DNA from: a virus
DNA length: 64,000 nt
Virus record (IMG/VR): IMGVR_UViG_3300046507_000282
Coordinates: 1 to 64,000 of that record
Strand: one strand, 5' to 3'
The notes beneath the pieces are model-generated. The model was given only the letters and a program-made list of their open reading frames with translations. It was not told the DNA's origin and searched no databases. A program made the translations under genes and the position numbers. Positions 55,886 to 64,000 of the stretch are shown piece by piece (the stretch's first letter is position 1; each line of letters starts with the position of its first letter).

Positions 55886-56968
55886 ATGGGCACAATCATG
55901 CAACGCGTCCGAAAGGACGGAAGCATAGGATACACCGCAGTCGTTCGCGTCAAGCGCGGCGGAAAGGTCATCCACACCGAGACTGAGACCTTCGACCGCG
56001 AGCCGCCCGCGAAGGCATGGATCGCAAAGCGCGAAAAAGTGCTGGCCGCGCCGGGCGGAATCGAGAGCGTCGTGAAAGAGGACCCAACCCTTTCCGAGGC
56101 GATAAAGCGCTATAAGAAAGAGTCGAAAAAGGACATTGGTCGGACGAAAGCCCAAGTCCTGCGCTGCATAGAAGAGGCTGAAATTGGCGCGCTGAAGTGC
56201 TCTGAGGTAACGAGCCAGACAATCGTCGCATTCGCCCACGAACTCAAGGTGAAGCCTCAGACCGTCAGTAACTATGTCTCTCACCTGGCCGCCGTCTTCA
56301 CCGTCGCGAAACCGGCTTGGGGCTACCCGCTCGAAATGCAGCAGATAAACGATGCGCGAGTGGTCCTGAAGAAACTGGGCTCAAGCAGCCGATCACGGGA
56401 GCGCGACCGCCGCCCGACAGTCGGCGAAATGGACCATATCCTCGCCCACTACGCAGAAATGGAAAAGCGCGAGCGGGCCGAAATCCCGATGATCAAGATC
56501 ATCCTGTTCGCGATGTTCTCGGCTCGCCGCCAGGAAGAAATCTGCCGACTCGCGTGGGCCGACTACGAGGGAGACCGCGCGCTGGTACGCGACATGAAGC
56601 ACCCGGGCCAGAAGATCGGGAACGATACTTGGGTTGACCTTCCGCCCGAAGCGCGGCGCATTATTGACTCGATGCCACGCACCGGGGCGCTGCTGTTCCC
56701 GTACAACCACCGGAGCGTCAGCGCGAGCTTCACAAAGGCTACCAGCTTCCTCTCAATAGACGACCTTCATTTCCACGATCTGAGGCACGAGGGAGCCTCT
56801 AGGCTGTTCGAGCTAGGCTGGAACATCCCGCACGTCGCCGCAGTCACCGGGCACCGCTCATGGGCGTCCCTGAAGCGCTATTCGCACCTGCGCCAGACCG
56901 GCGACAAGTGGGCGGGCTGGGAATGGATCGAAAATCTGCAAGACGCATCGCAAAACGTAGCCGCTTGA
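55886..56968 (+). CDS. int: Tyrosine integrase (dusA-associated type)
   Basis: SARRQEEI, HFHDLRHEG.SRLFE, TGHRSW..LKRY. Confidence 0.95.
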   Translation: MGTIMQRVRKDGSIGYTAVVRVKRGGKVIHTETETFDREPPAKAWIAKREKVLAAPGGIESVVKEDPTLSEAIKRYKKESKKDIGRTKAQVLRCIEEAEIGALKCSEVTSQTIVAFAHELKVKPQTVSNYVSHLAAVFTVAKPAWGYPLEMQQINDARVVLKKLGSSSRSRERDRRPTVGEMDHILAHYAEMEKRERAEIPMIKIILFAMFSARRQEEICRLAWADYEGDRALVRDMKHPGQKIGNDTWVDLPPEARRIIDSMPRTGALLFPYNHRSVSASFTKATSFLSIDDLHFHDLRHEGASRLFELGWNIPHVAAVTGHRSWASLKRYSHLRQTGDKWAGWEWIENLQDASQNVAA

Positions 56969-57010
56969 CCCTTCAATTTCGCACTAAACTAGAACAAAGG
57001 AACCAACCCC

Positions 57011-57238
57011 ATGACGGTAGCCGTGATCGATACCCTAAAACTCGTCAAGCGCCTGCGCGAGACGATGGACCCCAAGCAGGCGGAAGCATTCGCCGAAGCT
57101 CTCAATGAATCGCTCGGCGAGAAGGTCGCTACTAAAGCCGATATCGAAGCGTCCGAAGCTCGGCTCACCAACAAGCTGTACGCAGTCGGATTAACGGTCG
57201 TGCTTGCGACCGGCGTCATGCAGCACTTCCTCAAATGA
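57011..57238 (+). CDS. DUF1640/CCDC90-like protein
   Basis: DTLKLVKRL...QAEA...ATKADI plus C-terminal TM. Confidence 0.75.
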   Translation: MTVAVIDTLKLVKRLRETMDPKQAEAFAEALNESLGEKVATKADIEASEARLTNKLYAVGLTVVLATGVMQHFLK

Positions 57239-57453
57239 TAGGCCCCGGAAAATACGACCGCCTCTGCACAATCGTCCGCGAGGAAGCTGGCGCGGCCGGC
57301 GCTCTAGTCCTGGTGATCGACGGCGAGAAAGGATCTGGCTTTTCGGTGCAAGCAGACATCGAAACGCAAATGCGGCTGCCCGATCTGCTTGAGGCGATGG
57401 CGCGGCAAATCCGGATGGATACAAGCGACCCCGCCAGCTTCGCGGGACAGTAA
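57235..57453 (+). CDS. Hypothetical protein
   Basis: GPGKYD..C...G.GFSVQ; followed by a terminator. Confidence 0.7.
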   Translation: MIGPGKYDRLCTIVREEAGAAGALVLVIDGEKGSGFSVQADIETQMRLPDLLEAMARQIRMDTSDPASFAGQ

Positions 57454-57584
57454 AAAGAGCAAACGAAGATGCACGCCGACGGCCCCGCGCCACGGCGTGC
57501 ATTTTTTTGTCTAATTTTCTTCCCTAAAAGCAGATTCGTGGGGTATTATTCTTTTCAAGCAGAAACGAACCGGAGCAAACCCCT

Positions 57585-57806
57585 ATGACCACCAAGATCG
57601 AAATTCAAGTAATCAGCGACGAAAACTTCACCGTCCTAGTTGACAGCGAACCCCAAGCACGCCGCGACAACGCATCGCAAGCAACCCTCTACGCTCTGCA
57701 CCTGTTCTTCGGCTTCATGGAAGACGGCTTTCGCGCTCGAATCATCTACCCGGAAGCGGACCCGCGCTTCGGTCGCCTCACCCGCGTCTATCAGGAGTTC
57801 GCATGA
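57585..57806 (+). CDS. Hypothetical protein
   Basis: GGAG RBS after operator variants. Confidence 0.6.
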   Translation: MTTKIEIQVISDENFTVLVDSEPQARRDNASQATLYALHLFFGFMEDGFRARIIYPEADPRFGRLTRVYQEFA

Positions 57807-57997
57807 CGACTGCCTACGTCATCTCCTGCGCCCCTAAGGACCGCAAGCCATTCCGCATCGAGTGTCCGGACACGATGACGCGAGCCGACGTGAGAAAGAT
57901 TGCACTTGACCTGATCGGCATTTACACCCCGGAGCGCGTGGCAGTGAGCGCCGTTTCGTTCACCAACATTGACGAAGACCTTTTCGGCGACGCCTGA
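57803..57997 (+). CDS. Hypothetical protein
   Basis: AGGAG RBS, ATGA coupling. Confidence 0.6.
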   Translation: MTTAYVISCAPKDRKPFRIECPDTMTRADVRKIALDLIGIYTPERVAVSAVSFTNIDEDLFGDA

Positions 57998-58005
57998 GAA
58001 TCCCC

Positions 58006-58287
58006 ATGACCACCAACACCAAACACGTCGAAATCATCAAGCACATGCTCGGCATGGGCAGCAGCCGCCGCCAATCGTGGGGCACGCGCAACTACTTCGC
58101 CACCTACAAAGACGGCACTGAATTTCAGACGCTACAGGACATGCAGCGCGCCGGTCTAGTCAAGGAAACGCAGGTATCGCCGAGCGGCATGCACTACTAC
58201 GCTGCGACAGACAAGGGCCTGACTGCGGTCGGCATGCGCCGCGCTAACAACGGCTACCTTATTCCGACCGAGGAAGTGGTGGAATGA
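58006..58287 (+). CDS. Hypothetical phage protein
   Basis: HMLG...RNYF...GL....T.KG. Confidence 0.65.
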   Translation: MTTNTKHVEIIKHMLGMGSSRRQSWGTRNYFATYKDGTEFQTLQDMQRAGLVKETQVSPSGMHYYAATDKGLTAVGMRRANNGYLIPTEEVVE

Positions 58288-58489
58288 TGGATGACTTCGG
58301 GAACACGTTCTACGACTGGTTGACGAAGCCAGAATCTGCGGCAGCGTTCATTCGGTTCACACTGAGCGACGAAGCGATTGCCGCACGCACCCGCGACGAA
58401 GACCTTCGGCAATACGGCGTGATCGCCTGAGTCGGGACCGCAAAATAAACGAGAGCCCCGCACCGGGGCCGTTAAACGGTAGAAAGAGA

Positions 58490-58753
58490 ATGAGTCAGGA
58501 AGATACCGCGCAAATCCATGAGGCTATGGATTGGGAGCGCAACAACCGCCCGCGCGAGGTCGCCGCGACGTTCGCACCAGCAGACAAGGGATACGGCCCA
58601 GCGACGTGCAACGGGCGCGAGAAGCGCACCGGGCCGGGCGTGCAATTGGAGGATGATTGCGGGGAAGAGTTGCCGCCCCTGCGTCGCGCAATGGGGCGGC
58701 ATTTGTGCGTGGCCTGCCAGGAGTTGCTTGAGGCAGGAAGGCTGTTCGGCTAA
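58490..58753 (+). CDS. TraR/DksA-like zinc-finger protein
   Basis: DCGEELP..RRA....CVACQE. Confidence 0.7.
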   Translation: MSQEDTAQIHEAMDWERNNRPREVAATFAPADKGYGPATCNGREKRTGPGVQLEDDCGEELPPLRRAMGRHLCVACQELLEAGRLFG

Positions 58754-59379
58754 GCGGTGGCGTGCGCTAGAGTGGCGGAAGCCGCGCGCACCGTCGATAG
58801 AGCAAGTGCGAGCGTGACGCGATCAAGCATATGATCGGTCACGTTTGGAATCGGCAGAAACGCATGGCCGATATCCGACACCTTTGCAGCATGATCCAAA
58901 TGAAGCGGGACATCGGGAACCACGTCGTTCCCGTTTTTTGTCAGAAGGATCGGAACACCCTTCAGCAGCTTCGCAACGCGCGGACCATCGCACACACGCG
59001 GCGGCTCGAAGCCGTAGACGGCAACAGGCGGATTCCCCGACGCCGTCATATCCGCCGCAGCCATCAGCGCAATAGCCGCGCCGAGAGAGTGCCCAACGAG
59101 CGTCACCGGCTGCCCGGCGATGGCCGCAAGAACCGGCACCCGGATAGCCTGCCACGCGTCCCAAAATCCCTCATGAACCTCACCCACACCCGGGACGTTG
59201 ACCGTCAGGATATCCAGATCGGCGAGCCATGATGCGATGTTGTTCGTGCCTGGGAAGGCCACGACAAAGCCAGCGGGCGTATGCCGCAAGATCGCGCGAG
59301 AGGCGCTATCCGCAATACCGATATCCGGCACAGCGTCATATGCCTCCTGCGCGATCAGCGCAAAGTCGCGCGGCGTCAT
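58750..59379 (-). CDS. Class 3 lipase
   Basis: VAFPGT, VHEGF, GHSLG, FEPPRV, DVVP.VP, DH. Confidence 0.9.
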   Translation of the reverse strand: MTPRDFALIAQEAYDAVPDIGIADSASRAILRHTPAGFVVAFPGTNNIASWLADLDILTVNVPGVGEVHEGFWDAWQAIRVPVLAAIAGQPVTLVGHSLGAAIALMAAADMTASGNPPVAVYGFEPPRVCDGPRVAKLLKGVPILLTKNGNDVVPDVPLHLDHAAKVSDIGHAFLPIPNVTDHMLDRVTLALALSTVRAASATLAHATA

Positions 59380-59757
59380 TTACGACGAGGCCGCCGACGG
59401 CGCGGATGCGGCGACGGGAGCCGACGCGCCGGGCGACGCGGCAGCGGCGGGAGCCGAGGCACCGGGAACGGCAGAAGCCGGGGCGGTCGCCGCGATGGCC
59501 TTGTTCACGGCGCAAAACACGCCGTTACCAGCCGCGACAACGGACAACGTCGGGTCAGCTACAGCAGCGGCAGTGACAGCAGCCTGACCGACCGGGCACG
59601 CTGCGTTCACTGCAGCGGCGGTAGTCTGGAGCGCGCCGACCGCTGCGCTGTTCACGGTTGCGACGTTGTTCGCCGCGGTCTGGATTTGCGTGGCCGAGCA
59701 CGCGGCGAGCATTGCGATGCCCGCCAAAGCACAAGCCATCAAAAGACGCTTTTTCAT
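59380..59757 (-). CDS. Ala-rich lipoprotein in the lysis cassette
   Basis: Lipobox LAAC after a signal peptide. Confidence 0.85.
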   Translation of the reverse strand: MKKRLLMACALAGIAMLAACSATQIQTAANNVATVNSAAVGALQTTAAAVNAACPVGQAAVTAAAVADPTLSVVAAGNGVFCAVNKAIAATAPASAVPGASAPAAAASPGASAPVAASAPSAASS

Positions 59758-59805
59758 ATCGATTCCTTTACCGATGGTTTTAAGAGACGGTCTAGCCGAC
59801 CGAAT

Positions 59806-60027
59806 TTATGCTGGCGTCACGTCCGTCTTGACAGCGACAGGAGCGTTGCGCGACAACCACTTCTGAATGAGCCAGTGGCCTGCAGTGACGACGCCGATAG
59901 CAATGGATACCTGTTCCTGCGGATCGATTCCGAGCTTCCAGTGAGCATCGAGAACGCCGAGCGCGGCAACGAGGCCAGCGGTGATTGCGCCAGCCGCGCC
60001 GGTTGCAGCGGGAGAGGTTTGGTTCAT
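59806..60027 (-). CDS. Small two-TM protein (holin candidate)
   Basis: Two hydrophobic segments, next to the endolysin; AGGAG RBS. Confidence 0.6.
   Translation of the reverse strand: MNQTSPAATGAAGAITAGLVAALGVLDAHWKLGIDPQEQVSIAIGVVTAGHWLIQKWLSRNAPVAVKTDVTPA
59808..59822 (-). promoter_or_regulatory. Putative late promoter ACGTGACGCCAGCAT
   Basis: Shares CGTGACGCCAGCATAAAT with the terL promoter. Confidence 0.65.
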
Positions 60028-60044
60028 AAGTACTCCTATTCGAA

Positions 60045-60557
60045 TTAATGCGAGGTATGACAGAGAGAACAATGCGCACCCAGCCTGAAAAGTGCGGCTT
60101 CGGCACTGCGCCGCTTCACAAGCCCGGCCAGCACCTTTCCGCCTGCCTTATTCCACACCGAGAACTGCGCAATCGCGCCATCGATGTCGCCGGCATTCAA
60201 AAGGCGCAGAAGCGTCGATCCGTCGAAGTTGCCCGTACCGATGTTGAATGTCAGATCGCACAGCGCAATGAACTCGTCTTGCGTAAGCGGTATTTCCACC
60301 ACTGCGCGGACATTCGCTTCGGCTACCGACATGTCCTTCAGAAGCTGCGCATCCGCTTGCTCCTGAGTCCATACAAGCCCTTCGTGGACTTCGGGGCCGG
60401 TATGCCCCCAGCCGACAGTCCACGGAGCCCCTGAAGACCCCCTTCCTAGCGCGAGCGGAGAAGCTGGGTCCGGGTATGCCTTGAGCCTGCAGCTTTCGCT
60501 CTGCTTTGTGATGGTCAGGTCGCCAGCACCGAGCACAAGCCCGCTATTGACGCCCAT
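60045..60557 (-). CDS. Endolysin (GH24 lysozyme)
   Basis: SE.CRLKAY.D, WTVGWGHTG, FNIG.GNF..STLL, GLVKRR.AE. Confidence 0.93.
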   Translation of the reverse strand: MGVNSGLVLGAGDLTITKQSESCRLKAYPDPASPLALGRGSSGAPWTVGWGHTGPEVHEGLVWTQEQADAQLLKDMSVAEANVRAVVEIPLTQDEFIALCDLTFNIGTGNFDGSTLLRLLNAGDIDGAIAQFSVWNKAGGKVLAGLVKRRSAEAALFRLGAHCSLCHTSH

Positions 60558-60907
60558 TACTTGTCCTGCTTCGTGTCTACTTTCCCGTAGAGATCCTTGA
60601 ACCCTTGGCGCGTCTCCTGCATGTTGTCTTTGACGGCCTGCACGAGAGAGCCAATGGTTACCTCAAGGTTTTTGATTGCCGTCGTCAGGCCCTCTTGCGT
60701 CACGTATGTGCGGGCGCAGTAGAGTTGATGGGCAGCAAGGGCTTCAGAAGCCCTCTTCGCGTCTTCTGAGGCCGCCTTCGCCGCATCAGCGCCAGCCGTA
60801 GCCTCCTGCTTCAGGTCCCGAATCATGTATGTGGCAAAGAAGCCGATGATCAGGAAGAGAACGTTGATAACCGCGAGGGCTACTTCAAAAATCTGTTTGC
60901 TATCCAT
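60557..60907 (-). CDS. Membrane-anchored coiled-coil protein (holin/antiholin candidate)
   Basis: N-terminal TM plus coiled coil, coupled to the endolysin. Confidence 0.6.
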   Translation of the reverse strand: MDSKQIFEVALAVINVLFLIIGFFATYMIRDLKQEATAGADAAKAASEDAKRASEALAAHQLYCARTYVTQEGLTTAIKNLEVTIGSLVQAVKDNMQETRQGFKDLYGKVDTKQDK

Positions 60908-60966
60908 TAAAAATCCAATGAGTGAAAAGGGAAAAGTGAGGCCCTCTATGTGGCTCATTGGATTTC

Positions 60967-60981
60967 ATGTTGGCGTCACGA
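60967..60981 (-). promoter_or_regulatory. Putative late promoter TCGTGACGCCAACAT (lysis operon)
   Basis: Motif; AAATCCAATGAG/CTCATTGGATTT hairpin next to the start codon. Confidence 0.7.
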
Positions 60982-60989
60982 ATACGCGT

Positions 60990-61013
60990 AAAAAAGCCGC
61001 CTCACAGGGCGGC
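60990..61013 (-). terminator. Rho-independent terminator
   Basis: gccgcc..ggcggc with T-run on the minus strand. Confidence 0.7.
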
Positions 61014-61037
61014 ATTTTCAAGCGCTACTGGCGCGTT

Positions 61038-61775
61038 TTACGGCCAGACAATTGCCTGTACGGCGGCGACAGTTTCAGCCTGCGAAACCTGCGTTGATAA
61101 CTGAACGTTCGTCGCCATGTTCGCGAGGATCGCCTGCTTGCCGTCCTGACCGACCTTCTGGATTTGCGGCGACGTGTGATTCACGAATGCCCAGTTACCG
61201 CCGCTATCCGAGCACCAGAACGGCGTCACCCACAGTTCCCACTGAGCGCCGCCATCGCTGGCGATCTGACCGGACACAGTGGGCCATACGGGCTCTGTAG
61301 CGCCGCTTGGACCCGAAACTACGCACGTGTAAAGCTGGCCGCCAGCGGAGACGATATGGCCCGCTTCGAATGCCGTATCAGCAGTCCACGGATACGCCTG
61401 ACCTGCTGCGAGCAACGCCGCGATAACTGACGCGGACAGGTTCGCCTGGTCGGTCGCCTTCGACGGGTACGTGTAGGGCACGCCGAGCGCCGAGGATGTG
61501 AAGCCTGCCACGATAGCAGCCGCGCATGCCGAAGAAAGTGCTGCCAGTTGCGACGATTGCGCCGCGGCGAGAAGCTCTGCAGCCGTCGGCGGAAGCGGGG
61601 CGACGAGCGCGCCATTTGCTACCGTGAACGGCGGTTGCGAATTGATGCACACCAGCCATTGCGCCTGCGTGATCGCAATGACGCTGGTGACGCCAGCGGG
61701 AACCGGGCTATCGACGCTATCGTAGAAGCCGATGATCGCGCCTTGCGCGTTATATGCTGCGAATTTTTGACCCAT
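61038..61775 (-). CDS. Tail-fibre assembly-like protein (DUF4376-like) with an inserted small carbohydrate-binding-like module
   Basis: GFYD, GF.SSALG....YPS...DQ.NL; insert WTADTAF..G...YTC...G.SG..EP.WP. Confidence 0.7.
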   Translation of the reverse strand: MGQKFAAYNAQGAIIGFYDSVDSPVPAGVTSVIAITQAQWLVCINSQPPFTVANGALVAPLPPTAAELLAAAQSSQLAALSSACAAAIVAGFTSSALGVPYTYPSKATDQANLSASVIAALLAAGQAYPWTADTAFEAGHIVSAGGQLYTCVVSGPSGATEPVWPTVSGQIASDGGAQWELWVTPFWCSDSGGNWAFVNHTSPQIQKVGQDGKQAILANMATNVQLSTQVSQAETVAAVQAIVWP

Positions 61776-61777
61776 GA

Positions 61778-62554
61778 TTAGTTTCCGATTGCGATCCATG
61801 TACCCGTGGTTGCCAAACGAACCGTCGAACTAGCCCACGTAGACCCCGAGAAGCCAGTCAGAGACCCAGTCCCCGTAGTCGTTCCGAAAGAACCCGCACC
61901 GGACGCAGTCCATGAAGTGACATTCAGTGACAGAGCAGCATTAGGAAATGCGATAGGATAGGTTACGGGCGTATCAGCCGATCCACTCCCATTGAACCTA
62001 CCCCACTGGAAAATCAGGCCGCTCGGCAGCTTTTGATAGCCGTTGGCAGCGAGGGATGCGCCGAACGATCCCGATCCCTTGAGTTGCCCCGCCCCGTCTA
62101 CGGCCATCCAGACATTTGAGCCGTTCGAAACAAGGGTTACCGTGTCACCGGCCAGAAGCGGGTAGCTTGCGACCGACGCTGCACCATTATTGATGACCCC
62201 GTTCCCGCCAGTCGCAGCAAGCGCGAGGGTTCCCGTACCGAAATTAAGAATCTCGATTCTGGCTCCGGCAGGAACCGACGACAATACTGGAAGATTGAGC
62301 GTGCCAGCTCCCGCCACAGTGCTGATGACCGTCGAACCAATGGCCGCAAGCCCAGGGGTAAAAGATGCGGCACTGTTCGAGATGACCGACGCAGACTGCA
62401 TGCCAAGTTGGCGGACAAACGACGTCGTCGCCACATTAAGCGAGTTGTCAAACTGCGGCGGCGACTGCGCAATCTGAATATTGCCGAGGCCGTCAGGCAG
62501 AAGCAGCGCGGCAACCGCCGCCAGAATTGCGGATTTAGTACCAGCGAACGCCAT
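61778..62554 (-). CDS. Short tail-fibre protein (gp53-like C-terminus)
   Basis: [36 protein letters not shown]. Confidence 0.85.
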   Translation of the reverse strand: MAFAGTKSAILAAVAALLLPDGLGNIQIAQSPPQFDNSLNVATTSFVRQLGMQSASVISNSAASFTPGLAAIGSTVISTVAGAGTLNLPVLSSVPAGARIEILNFGTGTLALAATGGNGVINNGAASVASYPLLAGDTVTLVSNGSNVWMAVDGAGQLKGSGSFGASLAANGYQKLPSGLIFQWGRFNGSGSADTPVTYPIAFPNAALSLNVTSWTASGAGSFGTTTGTGSLTGFSGSTWASSTVRLATTGTWIAIGN

Positions 62555-62997
62555 TATTTGGCTCCAATGAAATCAGGTGCAACCGGCAGCGCAACGTTCG
62601 GGAATCCCTTCGCCGACGGCAGATCGCGCAGCGCCTTGCGGTATGCGCCGAGCGCCTTTACTTGGTCTGGCGCGAGCGTCGTGGTCTGCATCGCCATTTG
62701 TTCGTCCATGTGGCGGCAGGCAAGCCAGTCCGTTGCGGCGAGAGCGGCATTGCGCTGTACGCGCAGGGATGCGGCGAGTTGATCGGCGGTCGGCGGCGCA
62801 GGGTCAACGAGAAGCGGCTTGCCCTTCTTATCGACCTTCATGCGCTTGCCCGATGCCTGACCTTCGATGAGCGCAATGTGATGCGCATCGTCAATCGGAA
62901 CCGCGCCAGCGGGAATTTGATGATCCGCATGGATGTCATCGGCATAGAAGCCAATGACAAATCCGGCGTCGTCAAGGTGTGCGTATTTTTGACCCAT
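62554..62997 (-). CDS. Tail-fibre assembly chaperone
   Basis: GFY....H...P..AV.I, RN..L..TDW, YRKALRDLP...GFP. Confidence 0.85.
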   Translation of the reverse strand: MGQKYAHLDDAGFVIGFYADDIHADHQIPAGAVPIDDAHHIALIEGQASGKRMKVDKKGKPLLVDPAPPTADQLAASLRVQRNAALAATDWLACRHMDEQMAMQTTTLAPDQVKALGAYRKALRDLPSAKGFPNVALPVAPDFIGAK

Positions 62998-62999
62998 GA

Positions 63000-64000
63000 T
63001 TAGAACCCCACCGCGAAATACCACATTTGAACCCCGCCAGCCGTCGAGCAGAGAACCGGCACTGAGCCACCTGCCGCTAAGAACGCATTCCATGTAAAGT
63101 TGGTTGCGCTCTTGAAGTTGACGACGGCGTATGCCTGCGAATTACCGGATGCCTGGTTGCCGCTGCCGGCGACGTTAAGGCACGAATTCGGGAAGGCAAT
63201 AGGAAACGTCGTAGTAGTAGACGTGTTAGCCGCGCAAGGCGCTTGACCCCACTGAATAATCAGGCCGCTCGGCAGCTTCTGCCATCCACCGCTTCCGATG
63301 AGGGATGCAGAGCCGACGCCACTAATGACGAGCCAGTTTGATCCATCGCTCACCATGTCGAACGCGCAGCCTGATGGGATGGATACCGACGTGGAGCCCG
63401 TCAACGCATTGAAGATCACGCCGCTTGGCGTAGCAATAGTTCCAACCGCCGTAGATGCGTTGTAGAAGGTGAAGCGGAGGTTTTGCGTGGTAGGCGGCGG
63501 CAGCGTGGCCGTAATAGCCGATGAGCCAGACAGTTCAATGAGCGACCCCGTCTGAGACGACGAGAGAACACCCGATGCGGCCAAAATGGTATGCGCCTGG
63601 AAATTACCGAGCGCACGCTGCACAAACGCAGTCGTCGCCAGCGACAAATCGTTATCGAACTGCGCAGGCGTAACGCCCGTATCTCCGCCGAACAGTTGCA
63701 GCGCACCCTGCATCGTGCCGCCCGCCCACGTCACGGCATTCGATACCGTGAACGATGAGAACGCGAGCACCTGAATTTCGTCGTTGAGCGGAGCGGCGAT
63801 ATCCAGAATGACGTTCGCGCCGTCGGTCGCCGTATAGTTCGCCGAGGCGAGCACCGCACCATCCTGGATAACCATGATGTTGCCGGGCGTGTACGAGCAC
63901 GGGAAAGTGGTCTGCCCTGCCGTCGCCGTGAACGTGTGATACGAGAACGACGAGGATGCGGCAGCGCCCGCCAGAATGACGTTGACGCCGTCCGAGTAGA
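63000..64000 (-). CDS. Tail-fibre protein (5' part outside the window)
   Basis: [44 protein letters not shown]. Confidence 0.88.
   Translation of the reverse strand, partial: YSDGVNVILAGAAASSSFSYHTFTATAGQTTFPCSYTPGNIMVIQDGAVLASANYTATDGANVILDIAAPLNDEIQVLAFSSFTVSNAVTWAGGTMQGALQLFGGDTGVTPAQFDNDLSLATTAFVQRALGNFQAHTILAASGVLSSSQTGSLIELSGSSAITATLPPPTTQNLRFTFYNASTAVGTIATPSGVIFNALTGSTSVSIPSGCAFDMVSDGSNWLVISGVGSASLIGSGGWQKLPSGLIIQWGQAPCAANTSTTTTFPIAFPNSCLNVAGSGNQASGNSQAYAVVNFKSATNFTWNAFLAAGGSVPVLCSTAGGVQMWYFAVGF

Larger units (their letters stand above)
1..64000. mobile_element. Section of a temperate tailed-phage genome in excised (attP) form
   Basis: Terminase subunits, tail fibres, endolysin, cI/cro, RecT, integrase plus excisionase flanking an attP; no host housekeeping genes. 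Confidence 0.95.

Overview
The window is a 64-kb section of a large, GC-rich temperate tailed-phage genome. The host is probably a betaproteobacterium (Burkholderiales-like; inferred from composition and the dusA-type att sequence). The DNA is in the excised configuration: an intact attP carrying a dusA 5' fragment lies between a PrtN-like excisionase and a tyrosine integrase. From left to right it contains: a terminase large subunit with two tandem ATPase domains; two kinase-bearing polyvalent proteins (Nudix+kinase; kinase+ADP-ribosyltransferase-like) that share an N-terminal tag; a late FAD oxidoreductase; many small accessory genes (phosphatase, ParB-like protein, three DNA methyltransferases); a serine resolvase with a res-like site; the terminase small subunit; an early gene array; dUTPase; five tRNAs, aberrant tRNA-like RNAs and long hairpin-rich non-coding spacers; HU; an antirepressor; replication genes; a cro/cI switch; RecE/RecT/SbcC-like/SSB recombination genes; the integration module; a lysis cassette with a lipoprotein and a class-3 lipase; and two tail-fibre/chaperone pairs. 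Two regulatory motifs were read directly from the DNA. The first is a late-promoter-like TCGTGACgccANNNT (9 copies, most coupled to a hairpin that occludes the RBS). The second is an operator-like palindrome TCTGC-N7-GCAGA at early promoters. All protein family calls are from motif recognition by eye; no database search was run.
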